Numbered from the stretch's first letter, positions 44,367 through 54,044 are shown. The stretch: 64,000 bases of DNA from an uncultured Acidimicrobiales bacterium (GCA_937925335.1 CALEWY010000019.1:15708-79707); one strand, 5' to 3'. The notes: generated by a model not told the origin, from the letters alone. Made by a program: numbers and translations.

Positions 44367-45605
44367 GTGCGGATCCAGCTGTTGTGCCCTCACTTCGAGC
44401 CTGACCTCAGCGCCGCCACCGGCATGCTGATGACAGGCCTCATGCGTGGTCTGCACGAACGCGGCCATGAGATCGATGTGGTGACCAGCCTGCCTTGGTA
44501 CGCCAACCACGAAGTGGAGAAAGAGTGGCGGGGCAAGCCGTGGCGAACCGAGCAGGGCCCGCTTGGTCAAATCATCCGGGTCTTCCCATTTCCCACCGAG
44601 AAGACGAACATCCCCGCACGAGCGCTCGGCTTCTTCGGGTTCTCCGGCCTCGTCGCCGCGGCCGCACACACGTTGCGCAAACCCGACGTTGTCATGGGGC
44701 TCTCGCCGCCGATCTTCCTCGGTGATGCCGCCTGGACCATCGCCAAGCGTCGCAACATCCCGTTCGTGTTCAACGTGCAAGACATCTTCCCTGACGTCGC
44801 CATCGAGCTCGGTGCGATCACCAACAAGCGCCTCGTCTCGGCGATGCATCGCCACGAACGCTCCGTCTACGCCCGTGCCGATGCCGTCACCGTGCTGTCG
44901 GAAGACCAGGCCGAGAACGTTCGCCGAAAGATCGTGCCGGACGAGCAGTCGAAGGTCTCCATTATTCGGAACTTCGCCGACGTCGAGTCGATCAAGCCAC
45001 TCGACCGGCACACGAACGAACGAGCTCGCCTTGGCCTCGGCGACAAACTTGTCGTGCAGTACTCCGGCAACGTTGGTATGTCACAGCCGTTCGAGCTCAT
45101 TCGCATGGCGGCTGACCGTTTCGCCAATCGCCCGGACGTTCACTTCGTGATCAACGGCGAAGGTGCTGGCCGCTCGCTCGTCGATGAGTGGGCGGAACCA
45201 CGTGAGAACGTCACCGTCACCAACTTCGTGCCGTCCGATCGCGTTGCCGACATTCTCGGCACCGCCGATCTGCATCTCATTCCGCTGAAGGCCGGGCTCG
45301 CTCGATCGAGCACGCCGTCGAAGCTCTACGGAATCCTCGCCGCCGGCCGTCCGTCGCTCGCCTCCATCGACGAAGGTTCTGAGGTGTGGAACACGCTCGA
45401 AGCTGCTGACGCTGGCCATTCGGTCATCCCTGGTGACGCTGCTGGTTTCCTCGATCGAATGGACGAAATGTTGGCCGATCCAGATCGCCTTCAGGTCCAG
45501 GGAGAAAACGGCCGAAGGTATGTGGAGAGTCGGCTTTCTCCTGCGAGTCAGGCCGCGGCATATGAGGAACTCTTCGAGCGCCTCATCGCCAACCATCAAT
45601 CGTGA
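44367..45605 (+). CDS. WcaI/WbuB-like glycosyltransferase (GT4)
   Basis: VRIQLLCPHFEPDLSAATGMLMTGLMRGLHERGHEIDVVTSLPWY. Start trimmed to GTG 44367 because the upstream part of the track ORF is R/H/Q-rich nonsense. Confidence 0.85.
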   Translation: MRIQLLCPHFEPDLSAATGMLMTGLMRGLHERGHEIDVVTSLPWYANHEVEKEWRGKPWRTEQGPLGQIIRVFPFPTEKTNIPARALGFFGFSGLVAAAAHTLRKPDVVMGLSPPIFLGDAAWTIAKRRNIPFVFNVQDIFPDVAIELGAITNKRLVSAMHRHERSVYARADAVTVLSEDQAENVRRKIVPDEQSKVSIIRNFADVESIKPLDRHTNERARLGLGDKLVVQYSGNVGMSQPFELIRMAADRFANRPDVHFVINGEGAGRSLVDEWAEPRENVTVTNFVPSDRVADILGTADLHLIPLKAGLARSSTPSKLYGILAAGRPSLASIDEGSEVWNTLEAADAGHSVIPGDAAGFLDRMDEMLADPDRLQVQGENGRRYVESRLSPASQAAAYEELFERLIANHQS

Positions 45606-46741
45606 ATCCCTCGGCGGCTCAGGAGCCCAAGATGTTCGAACATGCCTACGCAGTCATCCTTGCCGGTGGCTATGGCGAACGGTTCTGGCCGGCGAGTACC
45701 GCCGCCAAACCAAAGCAGCTGCTCTCGCTTCTCGGCGACCGAACGATGCTCGAGATGGCGATCGACCGACTCGAAGGTTTGATCCCGCCCCAGCGCATCA
45801 TGGTGCTCACAAGCGCTGACCTTGCCGACGCCACGCGTGCTGCCGCCCCAGCGCTGCCTGCGGAGAACGTCGTCGGTGAACCGATGCGGCGTGACACCGC
45901 GGCGGCCGTCGCACTCGCTTGCGCACTCGTCGAGGCGAAAGACCCCGACGGTGTTTTCTGCGTGCTCACGGCCGACCACGTCATGGGCGATCTCGATCTC
46001 TTCCGCCACACGCTCGCGTCTGGTCTCGAACTCGCAGCCAACCAAGACGTGCTCGTCACGATCGGCCTCACGCCGATGCACCCGAGCACCGCCTTCGGCT
46101 ACGTCGAAACGGCCGCTCCGCTTGGCTCACAACCGGACGGGCTTGGTGAGGGACACGACCCGGTGGCGTTCCACACGGTCGCTCGGTTCGTCGAGAAGCC
46201 GGATCGCGAAACGGCTGAGTCCTACGTCGCCTCTGGCCGCTTCTGGTGGAACTCAGGCATGTTCGTCTGGTCGGCGCAGTCGCTCCACGCCGCCTTCACC
46301 GCCCATCAGCCACAGCTCGGATCGTTCATCACCGAACTCATCCCCGCCGCTTGGACCGACGGTTTCGTCGATGCGCTCGCCGCCGGGTTTGAACCGCTCG
46401 AGAAGATCTCGGTCGACTATGCGCTCATGGAAAAGGCCGACAACATCGTCATGGCCGAGGGGCGCTTTGCCTGGGACGACGTTGGGAGCTGGCCAGAAGT
46501 CGCCAATCACCTGCCAGCGGATGAGAGCGGCAACGTCGTCACCGGCGACGTGGTCAGCCTCGACGCAACGAACAACATCGTGTTGTCCGACGGCCGGTTG
46601 ACGGCCATCGTCGGGGTTGAAGACCTCGTCGTCGTGCACGCAGACGGAGCAACGCTCATCGTTCCGAAAGACCGAGCGCAAGATGTCAAGAAGATCGTCA
46701 CCGAACTCCGGCAAAACCCGGACTGGTCACACCTGCTCTGA
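45602..46741 (+). CDS. manC: Mannose-1-phosphate guanylyltransferase (GDP-mannose pyrophosphorylase), short actinobacterial type
   Basis: AVILAGGYGERFWPAS...PKQLLSL.G..TMLE. GTG 45602 overlaps the upstream stop (GTGA); alternative ATG 45632. Confidence 0.85.
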   Translation: MNPSAAQEPKMFEHAYAVILAGGYGERFWPASTAAKPKQLLSLLGDRTMLEMAIDRLEGLIPPQRIMVLTSADLADATRAAAPALPAENVVGEPMRRDTAAAVALACALVEAKDPDGVFCVLTADHVMGDLDLFRHTLASGLELAANQDVLVTIGLTPMHPSTAFGYVETAAPLGSQPDGLGEGHDPVAFHTVARFVEKPDRETAESYVASGRFWWNSGMFVWSAQSLHAAFTAHQPQLGSFITELIPAAWTDGFVDALAAGFEPLEKISVDYALMEKADNIVMAEGRFAWDDVGSWPEVANHLPADESGNVVTGDVVSLDATNNIVLSDGRLTAIVGVEDLVVVHADGATLIVPKDRAQDVKKIVTELRQNPDWSHLL

Positions 46742-48574
46742 TCAGGTTCTCGCAGCCCTCGCGGCTGGCTGGACCGAACGATCCTCATCGAGTGCGAACT
46801 GAATCACTTCCTCGGCTGACAAAGCCGGGCTGTAGAGATGACCCTGCACGCGATCGAGGCCAAGCGATTCAATGATCGCCATCTCCTCCCGGCTCTCGAC
46901 ACCCTCGGCCAACGACACGATGCCGAGCTCTTTGGTGATTTGAACCAGGCCACCAACGATCGTCCGGATCTTGCGATCGCGGCCAAGGCGCGTGGTCAGC
47001 GAACGGTCGAATTTCACGACGTGGATCGGGAACCGGGCGAAGTACGCGAGCGCGTTGTAGCCGGTCCCAAAATCGTCGAGGCCAACGATCACGCCTTGGT
47101 CTGCCAGTTGGCGCAGGTTGTGCTCGCTTCGAGCGTTCACCTCGATCAGGCCTGACTCAACGATCTCGACGATCACGTCGGCTGGTTTGAACGAATGAGC
47201 GTCGAGGCTGTCCATGTGCCAATCCGCGTACCGGTCGAGTTGAAGCTGTGATGGGTTCAGATTGATGGCGACGGGGCAGTCGGCGAGGGCGGGAACGGCC
47301 CGACGAATCGCACTCCAACCGCTGCAGATTCGATCGAGCGACCACTTCGTGAAGGCTTCGATCTCCCCGGTCGCTTCGATGCGCTCGAGCCCAAGGTGGG
47401 GTGGGATCTCACCGAGATTCGGATCGGTCCAGCGGAGGAGGGCCTCGGCACCGACCATTCGGCCCGTCGACATCGACATGATTGGTTGAAAGTGAAAGTC
47501 GAGGGCATCGGCATTCAACGCCTGGCCGAGTTCTCGATCGATCGCGATGACACGATCCGCTTGCCTCCGAATGTCGTCGTCGACGGCACAGACCGAGGTT
47601 GACGAACGCTTTGCCTGGTACATGGCGTGATCGGCCTCGGCCATCAGCTCTTCGGTCGTTTGATCGGCTGATCGTGGCGTCGTGACCCCCACACTGATTC
47701 GCGGGCGGAGCGTGATCGACCCGACGCTGATCGGTTGCGAGCAGTGTTCGACAAGACGCTGAGCGATCTCCAACGCTGGCTCGCCGGGCTTGAGCGGACA
47801 GATGGCGAGAAACTCATCGCCGCCGAGTCGGCCGACCGAATCCTGCGAGCGAATTCCAACCGTCAAGCGCTGGCCGATCTCGGTCAGCAACGCATCGCCA
47901 AGCGCATGCCCATACGCGTCATTGATGCCCTTGAACCCATCGATGTCGAGGAAGAGGACAGCGAGGCTCTCAGGTGTCGGCGCGGAAGCGAGCTTGGCTC
48001 GAAGATCTTCGAGAATCGTCTTGCGATTGAAGAGGCCGGTGAGTTCGTCCCATCGGCTCCGTTCACGCTCTCGCTCGAGCTGAAGCTGGACGCGAATGTA
48101 TGTGCCGAGCAAGTTCGCAACCGCACGGAGTCGATGGCGGTGGAGCTGGCTGAAGGGCATCATCCGCATGCGGCCGGCGTTGACGGTGCCGAGCGCCTTG
48201 CCAGCGTTGACCATCGGAGCAGACATCGCATGGTGGAAGCCGTGCCGTGCAAGGTGGCGCAGGTCGACACCCGGGAGTGTTGCAATGTTGCTCGCGGTCA
48301 GGACTTCTTGTTTCTTGAACGCGTCACCGACGAAGCTGTCGTCGATCGGAAACGAGGTTCCGTCCGGAATCGCGGTGCGATCGCCAATGGCGAGGAGCTC
48401 GAGCGACTGTCCGTCTTCTGAAACCAGCGTGAGGCTCGCTCGGTCGGAGTCCACGATGATCGGAACCCAGCGGGCAGCCACGGCGAGCAGTTCGCTGAGA
48501 TCGCGCGACATCCCGAGCTCGTCGATGAACGCGTCCGGCAAGTCGACCGAACGCGCGGCATGAGACGGGGTCAT
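46742..48574 (-). CDS. GAF-GGDEF-EAL c-di-GMP turnover protein
   Basis: RLGGDEFLAI (GGDEF), GAEALLRW (EAL), DDFGTGY. Start uncertain (ATG 48574 chosen; the track uses TTG 48652). Confidence 0.85.
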   Translation of the reverse strand: MTPSHAARSVDLPDAFIDELGMSRDLSELLAVAARWVPIIVDSDRASLTLVSEDGQSLELLAIGDRTAIPDGTSFPIDDSFVGDAFKKQEVLTASNIATLPGVDLRHLARHGFHHAMSAPMVNAGKALGTVNAGRMRMMPFSQLHRHRLRAVANLLGTYIRVQLQLERERERSRWDELTGLFNRKTILEDLRAKLASAPTPESLAVLFLDIDGFKGINDAYGHALGDALLTEIGQRLTVGIRSQDSVGRLGGDEFLAICPLKPGEPALEIAQRLVEHCSQPISVGSITLRPRISVGVTTPRSADQTTEELMAEADHAMYQAKRSSTSVCAVDDDIRRQADRVIAIDRELGQALNADALDFHFQPIMSMSTGRMVGAEALLRWTDPNLGEIPPHLGLERIEATGEIEAFTKWSLDRICSGWSAIRRAVPALADCPVAINLNPSQLQLDRYADWHMDSLDAHSFKPADVIVEIVESGLIEVNARSEHNLRQLADQGVIVGLDDFGTGYNALAYFARFPIHVVKFDRSLTTRLGRDRKIRTIVGGLVQITKELGIVSLAEGVESREEMAIIESLGLDRVQGHLYSPALSAEEVIQFALDEDRSVQPAARAART

Positions 48575-48679
48575 CAGCGGCGCACCAAGTTCACGCTGAT
48601 CTATCGGTGGGTTTGGCCAGGCGCTGCAGCCCGAAAAGCCGATTTCAGACAATCACCCCTGGCCTGGGGGGAGTTCGGC

Positions 48680-51499
48680 CTAGATCGCTCGAATATTGGT
48701 GAGCTTCATGACCAGTTCACCGGCTTCGTCGGACGCAAGCCGGTCGATCATTCCTTCGATCCGCCACTCGCCAGATTCGGCCGGATCGAGAAGGATCTGT
48801 GTTGCCTTGCCGGTCGCTGGATCGAAGATGAAGTACTCGCCTGAGCGGGCGACCGCGTCGGTGATGATCGAGTCGTGCTCGTCCCAGTAGGTGGCGACGG
48901 CTTCCGAGATGGCGTCAGAGGTGTCGAGCCCGCTCACCTCGTGTGCCGCGCTCGCAAGTGCGGTGTAGTTGCGGCCAAACGCCAGGTTCTGAACCCAGCG
49001 GAACATGGTGTTTCGCACCAACACACGAACGGCCTTTGCATCGGCCGCCCAGTCGGGCACATCGTCGGCGCTGGGCGGTCGGATTGGCTGCTGCGCTTCC
49101 TCGGAGATGTCGAGGCCAGCCTGCATCCGTTCCCACTCGGAGATAAGGCTCGAATCGACCTGGCGAACAACCGCACCGAGCCAGTCGATCAGGTCATCGA
49201 GTTCATCGGTCTTGGCTTCCTCAGGGATGTTCTGTCGGAGCCCTTTGTAGACATCGGACAGATAACGCAGTAGCACACCCTCGCTCCGTTTGAGCCCAAA
49301 GCGATGCACGTACTCGCTGAACGTCATCGCCTGTTCGAAGAGATCCCGAGCGATCGATTTCGGACGAACGTTGTCACCGTCGACCCAAGGGTGCTGCGAG
49401 CGGAAACCGTCGAAGCTGGCGTAGAGCCACTCCCGATTCGGCTGCGGAGGGCGAACCTCGGCGAGCCGCTCCATCCGCTCTTCGTACTCGACACCAGACG
49501 ACTTCATCTCGGCCATGAGCGCAGACTTGGCTCGGTCGACCTGGGCGGCGATCACGACACCGGGGTTCTCCATGACCGACTCGATGATCGTGAGAAGGTC
49601 GAGAGCGAGAACAAGATCGGTTTCACGTTCGGCGGTCTCGATGATGATCGGATCGAGCAGCTCCGCCTCGGAATCGTCGTCGTCGAGGTCTGGGCCGTCA
49701 TCGTCAAACTCGAGCCCGCTGAGTTCGCCGAAGATGCCCGACGTATCGGCCGGGCGAGGCTCGGGCTTTGGGGGCAGCGTGGGCATGATCGAGAACGACT
49801 CGCGAGCGAGGCGCTGCTCGATCGCTTCGATCGCCCACAACGACAGTGGCTGGTGCAACGCAAACTCGTCTTGCAGATCGAAGTTGACCCGCACCTTTCG
49901 ACCGAGGTCATCCGGCTCCGGTGGGAACTCGAGCAGGTCGGCCTCGACGAGCGACCGATAGATCGCGATCGAACGTCGAATGTGACCGCGCTGGCGCTTG
50001 CGAGACTCGTGGTTGTCGACCATGAGGCGACGAACCGCATCGCAGCCATCAACGCCATCATCATCCGCTGGGCGGTCGAGAAGGCTCATCACCATTTGGT
50101 GGTTCACTCGGAAGTGCGACCGCAGCGCCTCCGGGGCGCCGTTCACCATCTTCGTGAAGGTGTCCTCGGTCCAGTGTGCGTAGCCGCGGTCAGGCTGCTT
50201 CTTCTTCACGACCTTCTTTGGCTTCTTGCCGCCCGTCGCGTTCTTAGCGGCTTTCTCCTCGGCACGAAGGTTGTCGACGACGTGTTCGGGCGCTTGGACC
50301 CAAACGGTGCCTCGATCGTCGAAGCCCTTTCGCCCAGCTCGTCCGGCAATCTGAGCGAACTCGCGGTTGCGAAGCGTTCGGGTCGAGATGCCGTCGTATT
50401 TACAGAGTTGGGTGAAGAGCACCGAACGAATCGGAACGTTCACGCCGACGCCGAGCGTGTCGGTCCCGCAGATGATCTTGAGAAGGCCATCTTGGGCGAG
50501 TCGCTCGACCAGGAGCCGGTACTTGGGCAGTAGGCCTGCGTGATGAACGCCGATTCCTCCGAGCAGGTAGCGCTTGAGATCGGCACCGATCGGTGAATCG
50601 AATCGGAACTGTCCGATGGCGTCCTTGATTGCCCGCTTCTCCTCCTTGTTGAGAGGGTCGAGCGAGAGGTAGCTCTGCGCCGCCTCGGTTGCGTCGCGCT
50701 GGGTGAAGTGCACGAGGTAGATCGGCGCAAGATCGCGTTCGAGAAGCTCCTCGATCGAGGCGTGAAGAGTCGTGCGTCGGTACTCGAAGTCGAGCGGCAC
50801 GGGCCGCATCGTCGACTGCACGAGCGACACCGGCCGCCCGCTTCGTTGCGCAAGATCGCGCTCGAAAAACTCGGTCGAGCCGAGTGTGGCCGACATCAAC
50901 AAGAACTGCGTGTGTGGCAACTCGAGCAGTGGCACCTGCCATGCCCAGCCGCGTTGAGGGTCGCCATAGAAATGGAACTCGTCGACGACGGCGACGTCGA
51001 CATCGGTCGCTGCGCCGTCGCGCAATGCCCAGTTCGCCAGGATCTCAGCGGTGCAACAGATGATCGGGGCATCGGGGTTGACGCTCGCGTCACCGGTGAT
51101 CATGCCGACTCGTTCGGAGCCGAAGTCTCGACACAGAGCGAAGAATTTCTCGGAGACGAGAGCCTTGATCGGTGCGGTGTAGACCGAGCGCTTTCCGGCG
51201 GCAAGGGCTGCGAAATGGGCGGCAACACCGACGAGTGACTTTCCCGAACCGGTCGGGGTGTTCAAGATGACGTGATTGTCGGCAAGCAGTTCGAGGACGG
51301 CCTCCTCCTGCGCCGGATACATCTCGATGCCGGCTTCGAGCGTGAAGTCGACGAACCCCTCGAGCAGCGCGTCAGGATCGGGTTGTTCTTCCCTCTCGGG
51401 CAGGCCCAGCTGTTCTTCCCCCTGGGGGGCGTTCGGGCCACGCAGGCCCAGCTGGTCCGCGTTCGGTAGGTGGCGAAGGAGGGGCGGAAGCTCGCTCAC
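48680..51499 (-). CDS. Ski2-like DEAD/DEAH-box helicase with a long C-terminal extension (DUF3516-type suspected)
   Basis: NTPTGSGKSLV (motif I), VVDEFHFY (motif II), MSATL, HHAGLLP. Start trimmed to GTG 51499, preceded by GAGAAGG. The track ORF runs on into cofE. Confidence 0.85.
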   Translation of the reverse strand: MSELPPLLRHLPNADQLGLRGPNAPQGEEQLGLPEREEQPDPDALLEGFVDFTLEAGIEMYPAQEEAVLELLADNHVILNTPTGSGKSLVGVAAHFAALAAGKRSVYTAPIKALVSEKFFALCRDFGSERVGMITGDASVNPDAPIICCTAEILANWALRDGAATDVDVAVVDEFHFYGDPQRGWAWQVPLLELPHTQFLLMSATLGSTEFFERDLAQRSGRPVSLVQSTMRPVPLDFEYRRTTLHASIEELLERDLAPIYLVHFTQRDATEAAQSYLSLDPLNKEEKRAIKDAIGQFRFDSPIGADLKRYLLGGIGVHHAGLLPKYRLLVERLAQDGLLKIICGTDTLGVGVNVPIRSVLFTQLCKYDGISTRTLRNREFAQIAGRAGRKGFDDRGTVWVQAPEHVVDNLRAEEKAAKNATGGKKPKKVVKKKQPDRGYAHWTEDTFTKMVNGAPEALRSHFRVNHQMVMSLLDRPADDDGVDGCDAVRRLMVDNHESRKRQRGHIRRSIAIYRSLVEADLLEFPPEPDDLGRKVRVNFDLQDEFALHQPLSLWAIEAIEQRLARESFSIMPTLPPKPEPRPADTSGIFGELSGLEFDDDGPDLDDDDSEAELLDPIIIETAERETDLVLALDLLTIIESVMENPGVVIAAQVDRAKSALMAEMKSSGVEYEERMERLAEVRPPQPNREWLYASFDGFRSQHPWVDGDNVRPKSIARDLFEQAMTFSEYVHRFGLKRSEGVLLRYLSDVYKGLRQNIPEEAKTDELDDLIDWLGAVVRQVDSSLISEWERMQAGLDISEEAQQPIRPPSADDVPDWAADAKAVRVLVRNTMFRWVQNLAFGRNYTALASAAHEVSGLDTSDAISEAVATYWDEHDSIITDAVARSGEYFIFDPATGKATQILLDPAESGEWRIEGMIDRLASDEAGELVMKLTNIRAI

Positions 51500-51552
51500 G
51501 TCGAGGCCTTCTCTCGAGTTGTGGGCTGGCGACTCATCACTAGTGCAGGAAC

Positions 51553-52284
51553 CTACCGAAACAGATCTTCTGCCGGGTCCCGAACGATCTCTTCCACGAC
51601 GGACCCCGGACCGAACCAATCGGGGTTCACGCCGCGGACGATGGCGAGTGCAATGCCATCGGACTTGCCCCGGACGAGCTCGGCCGCTCCGGCGAGTTCG
51701 TCGACGATGCACACCTCGGTCACCTGCAGTTCCCGGCCAACCGCATCGTCGGTGCCGCGCAGATCGAGGATCGGGCGGATCCCTGCGCAGCCGAGTGCGA
51801 TATCGGTCAGGCCTCGCCGCCACGGCCGACCAAACGTGTCGGCGACGACAACGCCGGTGTCGACTCCAACACGCCCTTTGACGGCATCGCGGATGCGGCG
51901 GGCTGAGCGATCCGAATCCTCAGGCAAGAGCAGTGCGACATCGGGAGCGACGTTCGACCGGTCGATCCCGGCGTTTGCACAGACGTAACCGTGCTTGGTT
52001 TGGCTGATGATGAGTTCACCGCGGCGCCGGATCACTCGTGCCGATTCCCGCAGCACCAACGGCTTGTGCGAAAGCGGATCGTCAGGATCGACGATCTCGA
52101 TCTGGTTCTCGGCCTTTGAGACCACCTTTTGGCTGACGACGAGCACGTCGTTCTCGAGCAATCCGATCGGCGGATCTGCTTCGGCCAAACAGGCGTCGAT
52201 GATCATGCCGGCGAGATCGTCGCCTGGCTTGATTTCGGGAAGTCCAGGGACGGGGATGATCTCGAGCCTGCGGTAGTCCGGCAT
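51553..52284 (-). CDS. cofE: Coenzyme F420-0:L-glutamate ligase, stand-alone (ligase domain only, 243 aa)
   Basis: LEIIPVPGLPEIKPGDDLAGMI...NDVLVVSQKVVSKAE...GYVCANAGID.SN. Confidence 0.85.
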   Translation of the reverse strand: MPDYRRLEIIPVPGLPEIKPGDDLAGMIIDACLAEADPPIGLLENDVLVVSQKVVSKAENQIEIVDPDDPLSHKPLVLRESARVIRRRGELIISQTKHGYVCANAGIDRSNVAPDVALLLPEDSDRSARRIRDAVKGRVGVDTGVVVADTFGRPWRRGLTDIALGCAGIRPILDLRGTDDAVGRELQVTEVCIVDELAGAAELVRGKSDGIALAIVRGVNPDWFGPGSVVEEIVRDPAEDLFR

Positions 52285-52350
52285 GGCCAGATCCTACGTG
52301 AGAAGCGGCTTTACCTCGTCTTTCGGTCATGACGATCTACGCTGTCCGTC

Positions 52351-53019
52351 GTGGGAAAAGCCTCTCGTAACAAACGCCGCGACGCCTCTGGCGACGAAAT
52401 CGCCGTCAAGACCATCTCTGCTCCCGATCAGGGGCGCTCATGGTTCATGCCAACCGTGATCGCCGTGATGCTCGCAGGAGTTGTTGGTGTTGGCGTGCTC
52501 GCCTCCACTCGCGAGTCGAGCGTCGGCATCGTTCCCGACTTCGAAACCCAAGACGGTGTTCGTCCGATCATCGGAGATCACTTCCACAGCGCCTACGGCA
52601 TCTACGAATGCGGGTCGTTCGCTGCGCCGATCCAAAGCGACGCAGGCCCGGGCGGCATCCACACCCACGGTGCCGGCTACATCCACATTCACCCGAGCTC
52701 GGTCGGCTCGACCGGCCTCAACGCCAACCTCGGTCGTTTCATGGCGAACGCCGGTGCGCGCCTCACAACCGACAGCCTTTCGGTTGAGGAGTTGGGCGTC
52801 GACCTCGAAGCCGGTTTCGACTGCAACGGCGAACCCGCCGTCTTCCAGCTCGCCGTCTGGGAAGATCAGTTCAGCACCGATGATCCGCAGATCCTGACCG
52901 GACGAGATATCGCCGAGTATCACCTCGGTGGTGACGGTGCTGCTCTCACGCTGGCGTTTGCTCCAGAGGGTGCCGACATCCCGAAGCCGCCGACCGCAGC
53001 GGTCTCCTACGGCCAGTAA
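52351..53019 (+). CDS. Hypothetical membrane-anchored extracytoplasmic protein with His-rich motifs
   Basis: Basic N-terminus VGKASRNKRRD plus TM helix WFMPTVIAVMLAGVVGVGVLA. Motifs DHFHSAYGIYEC and GGIHTHGAGYIHIHP. Codon usage resembles the neighbours. I do not recognise a family. Confidence 0.6.
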   Translation: MGKASRNKRRDASGDEIAVKTISAPDQGRSWFMPTVIAVMLAGVVGVGVLASTRESSVGIVPDFETQDGVRPIIGDHFHSAYGIYECGSFAAPIQSDAGPGGIHTHGAGYIHIHPSSVGSTGLNANLGRFMANAGARLTTDSLSVEELGVDLEAGFDCNGEPAVFQLAVWEDQFSTDDPQILTGRDIAEYHLGGDGAALTLAFAPEGADIPKPPTAAVSYGQ

Positions 53020-53026
53020 CTCCACC

Positions 53027-53059
53027 TGTTGTGGTCAGTCCCCAAAGGGGCTGGCAACA
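53027..53059. terminator. Imperfect hairpin (TGTTG..CAGtCCCC-aaa-GGGGCTG..CAACA) between convergent genes
   Basis: Read directly. It lies between the hypothetical gene (+, ends 53019) and cofD (-, ends 53070). Confidence 0.45.
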
Positions 53060-53069
53060 AGCGTGGGAC

Positions 53070-54044
53070 TCAAACGCGCTCGGCCAGGATCGTTTCGGCG
53101 AGCGCTGACGTGATCGCTGGGCTCGACATGATCGTGTCGGTCACAACGGCGCGGACGCCCAACGCTTCGATCGCTGGCGCCTGATCAGCGTCGACGGTGT
53201 CGATCACCAACGTGCCAACCACGTCTCGATACCACTCGGCAACCGCGGTGGCCGATGATTCCCGACCGAGTTCGACGAGCAGACGATCAGCCGGCCCTTT
53301 GAGAGCCTTGCCGCCAATGATGGGCGAGACACCAACGACGTCGCCACGGCGCGCCTCGAGACGTTCCCGTACACCGGGCACGGCAAGCACCGGGTCGATC
53401 GACACGGCAGGGTTCGAAGGGGCAACGACGATGGTCGTCGCGGCGTCGATGGCTTCGAGCACACCCGGCCCGGCCTGAGCGCTCGCAGCACCGTCGAAGC
53501 GCACGCTGCTGACGGCCACCGAGTGCTGTCGGCCGACGAAGTATTCCTGGAAGCTGATCTCCGTGCCGGCTTCGTCGCCCTCAGCGAGGGTCACCATCGT
53601 GCGGATCGGATCGTTCGTAACCGGCAGGATCGACAGCGGAAGCTCCCACTTCGCAGCGATCTGTGCCGTCACTTGATCGAGGGTTGATCCCTGGGCGAGC
53701 GCACCGGTACGGAACAGGTGTGTTCCCAAATCGCGATCGCCGAGGCTGAACCAGTCGAGCGGTTCGCCGCTGACTGCCCCATAGGCACCGATCATCTCCA
53801 TCGCCTGCCAGGTCTCGCCCTCGAGGCCCCAGCCCCGCTCGGCGCTGACCGCATCGGCAAGCGTGTAGACGATCGTGTCGAGATCGGGCGAGATATTGAG
53901 CCCGTGCAACACCATGTCGTCGCCGACATTGGCGATGGCGGTCAGGTGTTCGGCGTCGATACGACCGACGAAACCGCGCAGCAGCCTGGCCGCGCCCACA
54001 CCGCCGCAGATGACGGCGACGGGCTCAGACTTCGTCATAGCCAT
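53070..54044 (-). CDS. cofD: 2-phospho-L-lactate (or EPPG) transferase of F420 biosynthesis
   Basis: VAVICGGVGAARLLRG...NVGDD...HGL.ISPDLDT..YTL (CofD/FbiA N-terminal signature). ATG 54044 or 54038. Confidence 0.9.
   Translation of the reverse strand: MAMTKSEPVAVICGGVGAARLLRGFVGRIDAEHLTAIANVGDDMVLHGLNISPDLDTIVYTLADAVSAERGWGLEGETWQAMEMIGAYGAVSGEPLDWFSLGDRDLGTHLFRTGALAQGSTLDQVTAQIAAKWELPLSILPVTNDPIRTMVTLAEGDEAGTEISFQEYFVGRQHSVAVSSVRFDGAASAQAGPGVLEAIDAATTIVVAPSNPAVSIDPVLAVPGVRERLEARRGDVVGVSPIIGGKALKGPADRLLVELGRESSATAVAEWYRDVVGTLVIDTVDADQAPAIEALGVRAVVTDTIMSSPAITSALAETILAERV

Noticed and set aside
49304-50533. 409-aa plus-strand ORF inside the helicase gene
   Set aside because: Antisense shadow ORF. 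Helicase motifs I, II and VI are on the minus strand.
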